Below are positions 19,112 through 37,437 of a DNA stretch of 64,000 nt, one piece after another. A model generated the notes under the pieces. The model was given only the letters and a program-made list of their open reading frames with translations, ran no database searches and was not told the DNA's origin. This DNA comes from Salpingoeca rosetta. Its lineage: Eukaryota > Protista > Choanoflagellata. Within the stretch, counting starts at the first letter, position 1; every line of letters begins with the position of its first letter. The position numbers and the translations under genes are program-made. The DNA is taken from assembly GCA_033442325.1 (NCBI GenBank), contig JAWQFM010000036.1, positions 528,943 through 592,942 of the forward strand. The letters are read 5' to 3'.

Positions 19112-22096
19112 CTACTGGATGCTGCATGCCTTGCTGACTTGGCGTTGCAATGGAGGTGGGTGGTCAGGCAGCGCTTGCAAATGCCCGCGTGATCGCCGTG
19201 GCATTGGCGCTAATTGTGTCGACAGCCGTGACGCCCTCCCTGCGTTGCTGACGTGACTGACGCGGTTCATCTTGGGTGAGCGCCGGCCGTTGCCTGCAGG
19301 CACGTGTGTCGTCGACGTGCGTGGCGAGACGCGTCTCTCGTGCGGGTGGCCTGCGTCTGGTGGCGAAGGGGACCGTTGCTGCTGCCGTCCGAGCGGCGAC
19401 GGTGCGCCATCATCGCGCACGCTGCTGATGGATATGGCATCTTCCTCCGACAGGTGGCTCGCCTTGCTGTGCACGCGGCGTGGCGCCGGCAGGTCGCTCT
19501 CGCCACCAACGCCAGTCAGCCGCGTGTAGATCTGAGGTGTGCAGGGATGGGGAAGATGTAAAGGTGATTTGGTGAGGGGGGGGGAGGGGTGAGTGTATGA
19601 AATAGTGCGTGTGTGTGGTTGTGGTTGTGGTTGTGTGTGTGGTTGTGGTTGTGGTTGTGTGTGTGTGGTTGTGGTTGTGTGTGTGTGTGTGTGTGTGTGT
19701 GTGCTTGCGTGCGTGCGTGTGTGTGTGTGCGTGTTGTGAAGTGTTGATTTGTGCCCTGTGTGTAGGTATGCACGCAAATGTTGCATGTGCGCCTGCAGCA
19801 ATCATTCGTACGCTCACACCCACACTCGTGTTTTGCTCGTCCTCTTTCCAAACGCCAGCCCACACTTGCAGGAGACTCACGAGCAAGCAGTCAAGAAAAT
19901 CCAATCCCATCGCCGTGTTCATTCCTTCCTCATCAATGATCGCCTGCGTGTAGATGCAAATGAGGCACATGAGCACGATGTTGGATGGGGGCAGGCAGTG
20001 GTGGTGGCGCAAGGTGCCAGCAGCAGGGACAGGAGACACACACAGACACACAGACACACACAGACACACACACACAGTGTTAGAGCAGTCAGCCCACCTG
20101 GATTGCCTCTGTGTCGATGTCTTTGTCGTCAATCACGTTCTTCAGTTCATTCTCATCGATCAGCTGTTGTTTGTGGTTTGTGGTTTGTGGTTTGTGGTTT
20201 GTGGGTTTGTGGTTTGGATATGAGTGGATTGTGTTGTGTATGGTGTGTGTTGTGTGTATGTGTTGATGTGAAGCGATTGTTGGTGTTAGCGAACGTGAAA
20301 AGTAGACCGTATCATGGCAAACACACAACACAGGCACGCAAACACACACAACACAAACACAAACACACACACACACACACAAACACGAACACAAACACGA
20401 ACACGCACACACACCCAACAGACACAGACACAGACACAGACACAGACACACACATACGCACAGCGGCAACTCACCCCTGATGCGTCTGCGTCTGCTTCCA
20501 CAAACTTGCGCTCGCACTCGAGAACGAACTGGATGGGGAGGGTCGGAAAGTACGATGCAACCAACTCCAGGTCAACCGTGTCGTCCTCTTGCTCAACCTC
20601 AATATCGGGGCTCAGCTGTGGCGCTCGCTGTCGGTGGTGGTGATGGTGGCGATGATGGTGGTGGTGGTGGTGGGATGAGGGGGAATGACGATGCCGGCGG
20701 TGGTGGTGACGGCGCGTTCGGTGAATGACGCGAACATTGTTCGAGAATCCAAATATGTGCAACACACATTCACACACACACACACATTCACACACACATA
20801 TATTCACACGCACATATTCACACACACACATTCACACGCACAAATATTCACACACACACATAATCCCCCCCCCCCCCCCCCCACACACACATTAACCCAC
20901 ACATTTCACACCTCGTGCAGGAATTTCTCTGCGAGCTTTTGTTTCTCCGTCCACTTTGCGCGCTGTGCATTCTCCTGTGACGGCGACCACGGCAGCACAC
21001 GTGCAATGGTGAGCAGACGGCATGGAACACATGAACATGAGACGCAACGACGAATGACCAGAATGACGAGACACGTGGTTGACAGCAACATGCCATCCTC
21101 ATTTCTATCACCACAACCACAACCACAACCACAACAATCACCGCCACTGCTAGAACTATCGCCAACACCATCCCCGCCACCACTACCATAACCATAACCA
21201 TGACCAGCGCAGCAGCAGAGATGTGCACCTTCTTGTATGGGTCTGCGGGTGCCTTGACCATGGACTGTCGCGGTTTCCTTGCTCGACTCGCTGCCCTCTT
21301 CTTCTTTGCAGCCGCGCGCTTCTGTTAGAGGTACGTGCCGTGTTGGCAGGTGTTAACGTGTGTTGGATGGGTGCATATTGCATGATTGGTGTTTGGTGAC
21401 GCAGACTCGCATGTATGTGCGTGCGTGCGTGCGCGTGCGCGTGCGCGTATGGCGAGCAATGGACGCATCTGCCACGCCCTTAGCCTATCCATACACACAC
21501 AGACACACAGACACACACACACGCGTGCACACATTACCTTTGTGACGGCCTTCTCCTGTGCTTGGTGGAGATCGTACATCTCCGCCAACATCTTCTGGAT
21601 GCTCGCGTCTTTGGCCTTGATCATAATCTGTTGCTCATCAGTCTGAAGCAAAAAACAAAAAAAAAGTAATAGAACAGTCGCAGTCGCGCGCCGTCGTTTG
21701 TGTGAGTGCATCCATGAGCCTTGTTGTGCTTGCAGTAGCCCTTGCATGTGCTTGTGCACGCACGGCATCCCCCCCCCCCATTCACACATCCACTCTCAAT
21801 CGCTCCTTCACTTACATGTCCAATTTCTCACGCACGTACACACACACACACACACGCACATGCACGCACAACGACACACCTTCTGCTTGAGTGTCTCAAT
21901 CTCGACCCTTGCATCGCGGAGCTGTGCTTCTAGCGTGGCAATGCGTTCTTGTGCTTGCACCTTGAACACACGGTACTGGTTGGCACAACCACGACACCGT
22001 CAGTGCGGGCGGCATTGTCATGAAAACAAAGCAGAGGATGCGATGAGTGACTCCAGGTTGTTCGATGCTCGGAAAAGCAGCACAAGCAAACAAATG

Positions 22097-22183
<87 letters not shown>

Positions 22184-22311
22184 CAACACACACACACACA
22201 CACACACACANNNNNNNNNNNNNNNNNNNNNNNNNNNNNNNNNNNNNNNNNNNNNNNNNNNNNNNNNNNNNNNNNNNNNNNNNNNNNNNNNNNNNNNNNN
22301 NNNNNNNNNNA

Positions 22312-22390
<79 letters not shown>

Positions 22391-22450
22391 TATACACACC
22401 TGGTTGCTGTTGACGCGGGTGAGCGACTTCATTGCCTCGACAGTCGACAT
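19112..22450 (-). CDS. Coiled-coil + EF-hand protein ending in a CaaX motif (SKACSIQ*), about 9 exons
   Basis: Exons: MSTVEAMKSLTRVNSNQ|YRVFKVQAQERIATLEAQL...|...FVEADADASG|LIDENELK. The EF-hand loop DADASGLIDENE is split by an intron. Further exons read AIIDEEGMNTAMGLDFLDCLL|IYTRL...CSIQ*. Confidence 0.72.
22211..22310. other. Assembly gap (100 N) inside a CA-microsatellite intron
   Basis: Run of n flanked by (CA)n. Confidence 0.99.
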
Positions 22451-22958
22451 GATTGGTGGTTGATGTGGGATCGCTGTGGTTGGATGGGTGTTCGATCAAT
22501 TGAACAATCAACTCGTTGATGTTGTGGCTTTGCTGTTCACGTCTTTCTCGCTGGTCCGCAGCACCGTTTTATCGCCTTCAATGGAGCAATACAAAGAAAA
22601 GCGGAGCAAGTGTTACCAAGCAGCACGAGCAGCAGCAGCAGTGCCCAAGCAGCAGACTCGCTCCCTTGTGCGTTCCTCCACCCCCAAACCTTCACGCCAC
22701 AACAAGCACAGCACGTTGTCACCTTGTTCCCTGTTGCCAACAACATTCCAAAATGCGCGCTGCTGGTTTTTCGTCCTGCCGGATTCGATGCACCGAATTG
22801 CACCGATGTAATTGTGTTACACAACAGCATAAAGCGTAGCAAATGACCGTTGTTGGTAAATTTTTCTTTCCCAGGTTGTTGTGTTGGGCAAAAGCCAACA
22901 ACCGCAACTGTCCAAAAGACACACACACACACACACACACACACGCACGCACGAGAAG

Positions 22959-27705
<4,747 letters not shown>

Positions 27706-28503
27706 CGCGCACGCACCCTGTGTGTGCGTGCGTGTTTGTGTTTGTTTGTGTGTGCCTCTTGTTCGCTGTCTCTTCATCATCCCAGCCACCTGCACACCTC
27801 ACGCACCTCACGCACCTCACCCACTCATTGTCACCTCGCACACCTCGCATCAAAACTGTTGGCGGGAGAGTGAGCGCGTCATCGTTCGTCATCATTGCGC
27901 AATTGTTTCCTCCACACGTCCAAATCTTTTAAAACATTCGCAAATGTTCTTCACCCGCCCACTACGGTGCCCCGAATGGCCTTCGCGCAACGTATCGATG
28001 ACACCGTTTTTCAACTATATCTTTACCCACATTTCTTCAAGTTGGGCTTGAGTAAGGACACGGCCTGCATCTTGTCCCGTTTGCGATAGAACAAGCGGCC
28101 ATTCTTTGCATGCACTCTCGGTGTGGTGGCAGAGGTGTTTTGCTTGCTTGCCTTCTTGCCTTCTCTTCGTGCCAGCCGTGCTTGTTGTGCTTGTGGTGTG
28201 TGCTCCTCCAACCGCCCAAACGAACCAGCAACACGCGCCAACCACGAGCATGTGCTTGCCGTTGTTTGGGTGACATGAATGCAGCCATCTCGTGCTTCTT
28301 GCTTGCTTGCCATTCTCTTTTCCTGCCTCACCTTGTTACTTCACATCACCTTTTGTCTGCACCATCCGTCGTCATTTCATCGTCGTCCTCCAGACCAAGC
28401 CAAAAGGATAAGCTAGAGACAGTTCCCCAGTGACTCGTTGCTGTTGACAGACCAACACCCACACACACACACACACACACGCACACACGACTCGCAAACA
28501 ACG

Positions 28504-28738
28504 ATGGCAACCAAGGATACCTCAACCCCACCCTCGGTCCAGGAGGTGTGGCGTGTGTATGTCGTGCTTGTTGTGGCGTCAATGTGATGTTGCAATCGAT
28601 GCATGCGCGCGCGTGTTTTCGTGTGCATGTGTGCGTGTGTGGGTGTGTTTGCACGCGCTGCAGCTTGTGTTGCTTCTTCACCACGTATCTGTTGCTGACG
28701 TCCTCCCGTCTCACCCTTTGCACTGCTCCACACAAACA

Positions 28739-28831
<93 letters not shown>

Positions 28832-29307
28832 TTTGTTTGCATCACGACAGGTGCTTGCCAAGGCAGGCAAGCGCGCTCTTGGCGGCGGTGGCGCCGGCGC
28901 TGCAGCCATGGTGCGTGGTTTTGTGTTGCATCGTCTTTGCCATGCCATGCTGGTTGGCCAATCAACTTCAACTTCTCACTCGTCACCGCTACTCTCCCTT
29001 TTGGCTTCGTTCGGTGTCTCCACCATGCACGCACGCAAATTGCAGGTCACTCAAGTGTGCACCCTCATGTGGCTGCGCACCACAATGAACTACCAGTACG
29101 TATCGTGGTAGATTGAGGTGCTTGGTTGGCAAGTTGTGTGTGTGTGTGTGTGTGCGTGTGTGTGTGTGTGTTGCAGGTTTGCTTTTTCTCACCCTGAGAA
29201 CACGGTACATGACAACAACAGGTACCGCTATGGCACCAGCACCCCCGCTGCCATCAAGGCGCTTTACAAGCAGGTGCGGGGCGCGAAACGCAAGTGCCTT
29301 TGTTGTG

Positions 29308-29364
<57 letters not shown>

Positions 29365-31241
29365 GCGATTGCTTTTTTCAGCCGTCCACAAATCCTTTGT
29401 TCTGATGTTCCCCTCCTTACACCACACACACACACACACACACACATATGCACACACAGGGTGGCGTGCTGCGCTTCTACCGGGGCATTGGGCCAGCGCT
29501 GCTGCAGGGACCGCTGTCGCGATTTGGCGACACGGCGGCCAACACGGGCATCCTCACGCTGCTCGACTCGTACGAGAGCACGCGCTCGCTCCCCGTTGCC
29601 GTGAAGACGGTGGCTGCATCTGGCACTGCCGCCCTTTGGCGCGTCGTCCTCATGCCCATCGACACGCTCAAGACCGTCATGCAGGTGCGCCTGTGATGAT
29701 TTGTGTGTGTGTATGATTTGTGAGCGTGTATGTATGTGTGTGTGTATGTTTGTGTATGTGTTTGTGTATGTGTTTGCATTCATGATTTCCCAGTGGATGT
29801 GAGCGCATGCTTTATCACACACACACGCACACGCTCCATCTCTGTCTCTGTCTCTGTCTCTGTTTCTGTCTTTCTCTCTCTGTCTCTGTCTCTGTCTCTG
29901 TCCTTGTTTCTTTCTCTCTTCCCCTTGTGCAACGCTCGAATGCGTGGCAACTCAACCAACTGCCCTCCCTACCAACCAACCAACCAACCACAGGTTGAGG
30001 GTCACGATGGCATGACCAAGCTCCGCGCAAAGCTCAAGGTATTGCTGGCAGCAGCAAACATGTCCCATGACGCCCGGCGCCTGCTTGCTTGTGCACTGGT
30101 GTGCTCGTGTTAACGTGTGTTCTGCGCGAATCCGAAACCACTCATCCGCTCACTCGACCACCGCCCTCAACCATCCATCCATTGCCACTCATTCATCAAC
30201 CCCATCATCATCACCACCATCTCCCCCCCCCCCTTCCCGCAACACCCCGTGCCCTGACCCCCGGGTGTAGGCTGGTGGCCCGCGCGTGCTGTACCACGGC
30301 TCCCTCGCTGCGCTCTCTGCCACGTTTGTGGGCCACTTTCCCTGGTTTGCCACGTTCAACTACCTCAACGCCACCATCCCAGAGGCAGAGGACAAGTGGG
30401 CGGTGCGTCTGTTTCTGTCTGTATCTGTTTGTTTGTGTGTGTTTGTTTGTATGTTTGTTTGTGTGTGTTTGTTTGTTTGTGTGTTTGTTTGTGTGTTTGT
30501 TTGTATGTTTGTTTGTGTGTTTGTTTGTGTGTTTGTTTGTTTGTTTGTTTGTGTGTTTGTTTGTTTGTATGTGTGTGTACATCACCTCATCATTGCCGCC
30601 CATTCACACCAATACCAACACCACACCCCATCATCATCATGACCCACCACCCACAACGACCACCGTGAGCAGAAGCTTGCCCGCCGCGCCGCCATTGGGT
30701 TCTGCTCGTCTGTCATCTCCGACACCACCAGCAACTCCATCCGTGTGACCAAGGTCACCAAGCAGGCGCACACGAAGCCCATCACGTATGTACAGGCGGT
30801 GCGCGAGGTCATCAGCAAGGACGGCGTCTCTGGACTCTTCTTCCGCGGTCTCGGCACCCGTCTCATTGCCAACGGCATGCAGGGCATGATGTTCACAGGC
30901 AAGTGTGCGAGTGTGTATGTGTGCGTGTGTGCGAGTGTGTATGTGTGTGTGTGTGTGTGTTTGTTTTGCTTGCTGGTGTTGTACACGCGTTTGTCTGTTC
31001 CGTCTCAGATGCGCCCAATCTCCTCTGTTCCCATCTCAAGCATCGTTTTCGACAGCCTTTCTCACTTGCACGATTCTGCGTGTGTGTGTGCGTGTGTGTG
31101 CGTGTGCATGTGTGTGTGTGTGTGTTTGTGTGTGCGTGTGTGTGTGTGTGTGTTTGTGTGTGCGTGTGTTTGTGTGTGCGTGTGTGTGTGTGTGCTTTCA
31201 CAGTTGTGTGGAAGGGCCTTGAGGAGCGCTTTACCAAGTAA
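28504..31241 (+). CDS. Mitochondrial carrier family (SLC25-like) protein, about 9 exons
   Basis: Three carrier repeats: ...[51 protein letters not shown]; ends [12 protein letters not shown]. The last intron is GC-AG. Confidence 0.9.
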
Positions 31242-34028
31242 CCGCGACATGACAGCCGCCAACCAACCACCCGCCCGTCCATCCATCCATCCATCCGTCC
31301 ATCCATCCATCCATCCATCCATCCTCCAACAAGCCTTCTATTCATCAACAAGCCTTCTATCCATCAACGCTCCATCCATCCATCACCACTCTTTCTTCCC
31401 TCATTCACAGCTGCCCCGCAGTCCTTCCCTCCCCCACCCCTCTCTCGGACTCGGCTCGTCTCATGTTCTCCCCCAAGTATTCCCATTCACATTCACACTC
31501 CCATTACCATTTTCATTTCAAGTTTCCAGCTCCGTTTTCACCCCCACCCTTCCACCACCAGACACATACCAGCTTACCAATCCTCTCCTCGTTAACCCCT
31601 TTGCTTGTCCCTTTCTCGTGTTCTGTTGATGTCTTCCATTCGTCTTCAGCGGTCTCCGCCTAGCATGCCCGCAAACACGCAACCACACGCAAGCACGCAC
31701 GCACACGCGTACGCACGTGCGCGTGTTGCGCTGCGCCACTCCATGCACCGCCACCACCGCCCCCCTCTGTGCCACCCCCCTCCCGCCACACGATTGTTAC
31801 CACCAGTCTGTTGTATCTACGATGGCGCGTGTGGCAGGGAGGGGCGAGAGCACAACTCCCCGTAATTTGCAGACACTTGCTTCCTCGTTAGATTCAGACA
31901 AGACTCGTTTTGATTGATACAATCGCATCAGACCCCCAATGAGGGGAATGTTGTGGTGGCGGTGGCTGACACATGGTGGTGCTGCGTGGCCTTGGTTCTG
32001 GGCTTTGTTTTGTCTTCCTTTGTGTTCTTTGTTTCCCCGAGTTGTTGTTAGTTTTGTGTCTGTCACTCCCTCCCTCCCCCCTCCCCTTTTGTTTCACAGG
32101 ACCCGTACAAGCGCTGTTGCTGCCTTGAAAATGGCACAGCGTGGTGGCGTGATTGTCTGTCAGTCGATTCCTTGTTTCTCATACGCATACGCTCACTAGT
32201 TGCACGCTCTCCTCTATCGCTTCTGCCCATGGCATGTGTCTTGGCAGTTGTTTCTGTCAGCTGTGTTGTTCGCCCCCAGCTTGACTGTTGCGTTTCCCTT
32301 TCGTTGCCCCTGTTCACCCCTGACTGTGCTCGTGGTGTCCTGCTGTTCTTTGACAAACACACGCACACACGCACGCACGCATGCACCTGGTGTCAATCAA
32401 CTCTGTTGTTTCTTCTCCCCCCTTTTTCGGCTTGGCTCGTTCATGGCAGTGAATAAAGACCTGGGTCTTGCTTGGTGCATGCATGATGCAACGTGAGGGC
32501 CGTTGATCCAACCACACACACACACACCCACACACACACACCCACACACACACACACACACACACACTGATGGGCTAATTGTGGGTTTACTTGAAGTTGG
32601 GCGTGAAGGGGGAAGAACATACGACCACCATCATCAAACAACAAACAACAAACAACAACGTACATTGTCACAACACCCAAGCAACACTCGATACCGGGCA
32701 TAGCACATTCACGGTACGCAACCCGCACTGCAGACAGTGAGCAGCACAGGTGCAAACTATCAACAAATCAACAACCAGAGGAAAGGAATGCAACTAATCG
32801 TGTGTCATGTCATCATCAGCAGCAAGCAAGTCAACTGTCACCACCACCACAACCGCTAGACACAATACACCACCACCAACACTACCAGGCAGTCCAACCA
32901 CATGCACTCGTCACACCACCAAGTTCCGTGGGCCAACGCGAAAGCTTTGACAGCAGCAGGCAGCAGCAGCAGCCGCAGGATGTGGAGTGCAGAGGGCATT
33001 GGAGCGAGATGGTGGGTGATGGCGACACAACACAGCACACGTCACATATGCAGGGCATGCGTGGCTGCATGTGTGCAAGTGTGTGTGCATGTGTGCATGC
33101 TTGCGCGGGTGGATAAAGGGGGCAGAGCGAACCAAGGAAACCAACAACGGGGGATTATCAAATCGACCCATGGACACACTCTCAGATAGGGCAAAGGGGG
33201 ATGACGTACTGCGGCCAAAGAGGGAAATCACCGAAACAGCGGCTCAGCGAAACGCATGAACGAATGAATGAAGCGTGAAAGAGAGACGGAAGAGAGAATG
33301 CTACCACAGCCACAGCGGCGAAGGGAAGCGGCTATATGTCGATATGGATATGGTGGCGACAACACAGCACATCAGCACCCAACCAGAGTTGGATTGGAAC
33401 CAAAGGGGAAACTGGCCAACAAGAGACAAAACCAGCCACGCTTTGTGTGCAGTGTGCCACGAGAGCAAGGGAGACGCGCGACCCGGTGAAAACGGGGACG
33501 ACATTATGTAGGAAAAAAGGAACTAATCACCAAGCGATGATGGTGCACGCATCTGATGCTGGCGTGTGGATGGTTGGCAGGTACAAATGAAGTGGCAGTT
33601 GCCAACGCCACGCCGACGCAACACGTGGGTGCACTTGGCAGCTTGAATGGGTGCTGAATCCTGAACAGGGAGGGATGAACACGGAACCGTGCAGAGCACC
33701 AAGGCTGAGGTGACGGACACACGGTGGCGTGTGGTTGGAGGGAGGCAACGAACTGGGCCATACTGAACCAAACCACCAAGCCACCAAACGACTTCAACAA
33801 GGGCAGTTGTCAATAGAAGGCAACGTGAAGGAGAGTGAGGTAAGGGTGGAGGTTGAGGTAGACTTAGGGGTCGAGGTAAAGAGATGCTATCAACGACTAC
33901 AGGCGAATTGTTGAGGCGAAAACACGTCTTGAAAGCACGAGAGATCAACAACGACAACGACCAATAAAGGAAAGAAAAACAACACGCAACAGCGACATCA
34001 ACAATGCGACAGCACGCCAAAACCAAGG

Positions 34029-34075
<47 letters not shown>

Positions 34076-34718
34076 AAACGGAACCTGGTGCGTGGGAACT
34101 GAAGCGAACTGAGGGTTGGGGGCTAACGACCAAGCTGGTAGAGGGAGGAAAGAAGTAGTAGCAGCAGCAACAGCGAAAGGGATGATGCTAGATGGAGTAT
34201 AGGAAGCGCTAATGCCAAAATGAAACGAACGGCTGACCAATACAAAACACACAAACAAGTAAGAGAGGCGAAGAGGAGAGGGTAGCTAGACCAAGGCAAA
34301 CTCAAAGCCAACATGGAAAAAAAAAGAAGAAGAAAGAAACCACAAAAACAACATCGCTTGAGAGAGAGAGAAAGCGAAAAACACATCTATGCTGAAGGGA
34401 AAGCGTGGCAGGAACATGAAACAACGCGACTGCCCACGTGGCTGTTGGCAGGTGCACACTGACGGGCAGGTGGAGGTGTCACGTCACACCCATGCGCACA
34501 ACAGAGCAACCTGCACATGCACACGTACAGCAGCCATCGTGGTGGAAGGGGGTAAAGGTTGCTCACAAAGAGCTCTTGAACGACAACTACAACTGAAACT
34601 GGGAAGACGAAGAGGAAAGAGAGAAAGGAGTTGGGGGGGGGAGGATAGGGAGAGAGAGAGAGAGAGACACGCACGCACGCACGCGCAAAGAGGTCGACGT
34701 GCAATTGGAGCCATTGCA

Positions 34719-35163
34719 TCACTCATTATCGCCAATGCTGCCGTGGTGACTGCTGCCGGCATTGTCACGGTCATCATCACTCATGGTGGTCATGGATGCA
34801 ATGACAGAGGTGGCGGCGCCCACGGCCACGTGCGTTTCGCCATCGCCTTCACCATCGTCGTCCGTCACGCCCCATGCCGCTCTGCTTGCAAGCAACGTCT
34901 GCTCCATCATGGCGTCATCGGAGGTGGTGGTGGTGGTGGTGGCGGGCGACATGTCATAGAAAGGGCTGCCAAACGCATCATAAGGCGAGGATGATGACAA
35001 CAGCGAGTGCATGCTTCCGGCCTGCTGCTGCTGCTGCTGCTGTTGCTGCCGGAATGCAGCTTCCTGTGCCATCATGGCTGCACGTTGCTGCTGTTGCTGG
35101 TGGTGGTGTGGGCTGTAGGGGTGCGGCGGGGTGTGCGAGGGGATGGGAGACTGTGACGTCTGC

Positions 35164-35202
<39 letters not shown>

Positions 35203-36021
35203 TGTGGGTAGTGTGGTTGGAACTGCGGAGAGCCAAACCCACCGCCCATCTGCTGGGGCGACCCCGGAGCCACGCGCCGCTGCTGTGCACTGGCAGCGCC
35301 CGGCTGCTGGTAGTACAGCATCTCGTTGAGCGTCATCATGCGCTGCTGCTGCTGCTGTTGGCTGCGCTGGCGCATGTCATCACCGCCACTGCTGCTGCTG
35401 CCGTTGTTGGTGCTGCTGCTGTTACCGAGCGAAGGCAGATCGCGCAGCTGCTGCAGCGGTTCAAGGGCGCCATATCCTCCGCTGCCACCACCGTGGAGCT
35501 GCTGGGCCACGCCGCGTGCGTCCATGGCACCGCCAAACGGCTGCTGCTGGTGATGGTGTGACACGGTCAGGCGAGCCATGCTGTCTGCAATGTCGTGTCC
35601 GGCAGTGGACCACTGCTGCTCCTGCGCCAGTGGCGACGGCCCGCCGTACGCCGCCGTGTACGCATCCGGGTCAATCATGCCTGCAGGCAATGGCGAGTTG
35701 CAAGGGGCGGAGTGGAGTGGTGGCGTTGTTGTGGTTCATGGCGACGGTTGGTGGTGGTGCGGTGTGAGATGGAGAGGTGTGTGAAAAGAGGGGCTTCAAA
35801 TAGAAACTTGGCGCAGACGACAACCACAATGACACTAAGAAGCGAATTAAAACAACAACAACAACAAAAAAAAAAGAAAAGAAAAAAAGTCACGAACAAA
35901 CACTGAAGAAACACAGCAACACCCCACCCATGCCCAAGCAAGCAAGGCGCGTGTTGCATCCTACCGTGCTGTGCCTGGAGAGAGCGGGAACGTGCCCTGC
36001 CAACCGCCGTCTCGTGCGCCG

Positions 36022-36052
<31 letters not shown>

Positions 36053-36979
36053 CTGCTGGGTGTTGATGGGAGTAGCACCGGGAGCTGCTGATGGTGGCAC
36101 GTGTCCAGCATCGGACCACGCGCGAGCACTGAACGACCGCTGGCGACCTGCGGCGTCCTGCAGTGGCGGTGGCGGCACTCCCCCGTACCGCTGCGTCGAG
36201 GCAGCCCGGCCGTGGCCTGGTGGGTGGTGGTGGTAGGAGGGGGTGAAACAGGGGGTGCGGGAAGGAAGACGGTCAAGAAACAGCAGATGTGTGAGTACAT
36301 GAGCGTGATGTTCGTGTGCTGTTAAGTGTTCACGCTACAAACGCGCACGGGCACACACGCACACACGTACGCACGCATGCATGCACGCACGCACGCATGC
36401 ATATGCGTGGCCGTTCTTAACGTACTTGGCTGTCTGTAGTTCCTGCTTGGGGAGCGGTTGCCATCGGTTGCCTTGGGCTCGGCACGCTTCACCTCCACCA
36501 TCTTGCCGAGCAGGTCGTGGTAGTGCAGTGAGACAACGTGCTCCGCCACCTGCTCCGACACAAACGTGACAAAGCCAAAGCCGCGCGGGAGGCGAGTCTG
36601 CTTGTCGTGGATGACAACTGCCTCCTCAATCTCGCCAAAGTTTGAGAAGAAGCCAATCAGGGCCTCGTCTGTTGCGTTGGATGGCAGTCCACCGACAAAC
36701 ACCTTTCGGGCAGACTGCGAAACAGGAGGGGGTGGGGGTGGTGATGTGGTTTGTGGTTAATAGTTGGTGACATGTGGGTGGCGTGGTGTGTGTGTGTTGG
36801 TGTGTGTGTGTGCGTGCGTGTTGGTGTGTGTGTATGGTGATTGGGGTGCGGGAGGCGTTGTTTGTGAAAGTGAGGCAGTTGGTGAGCCCCGAGTTAGTAA
36901 CACACGAGAGGACCAAACAAAACCGCGTTGATGCGCGCGTGTCAACGTAGAAATAAAACGCACAGCAGCGACGTCGGAA

Positions 36980-37028
<49 letters not shown>

Positions 37029-37329
37029 GCGTGTGTGTCAGGGCCCAGGGGGATGGCAGCAAGGACAGGGGGGCGCGTTGCACATGCAAAAAAAAGGGGA
37101 GGAGACAAACAAAGGATATCGACATGTGTGTGTGTGTGTGATGGTTGATAGAAACAATATGGCAAAAATCGCATGGGTGTGAGCGCTGACGCGTTCGACA
37201 ATCGAACGGAATGGAGAATTCACACACGTGCGCCATGGAAGCAATATCGACAATGTGATGATGTTCGCGCACGACCGCTCGACTTGCGATCATACCCACG
37301 CACGTGTGCGTTCATGTGTGTGTGTGTGA

Positions 37330-37376
<47 letters not shown>

Positions 37377-37391
37377 TGTGTGTGTGTGTGC

Positions 37392-37437
<46 letters not shown>

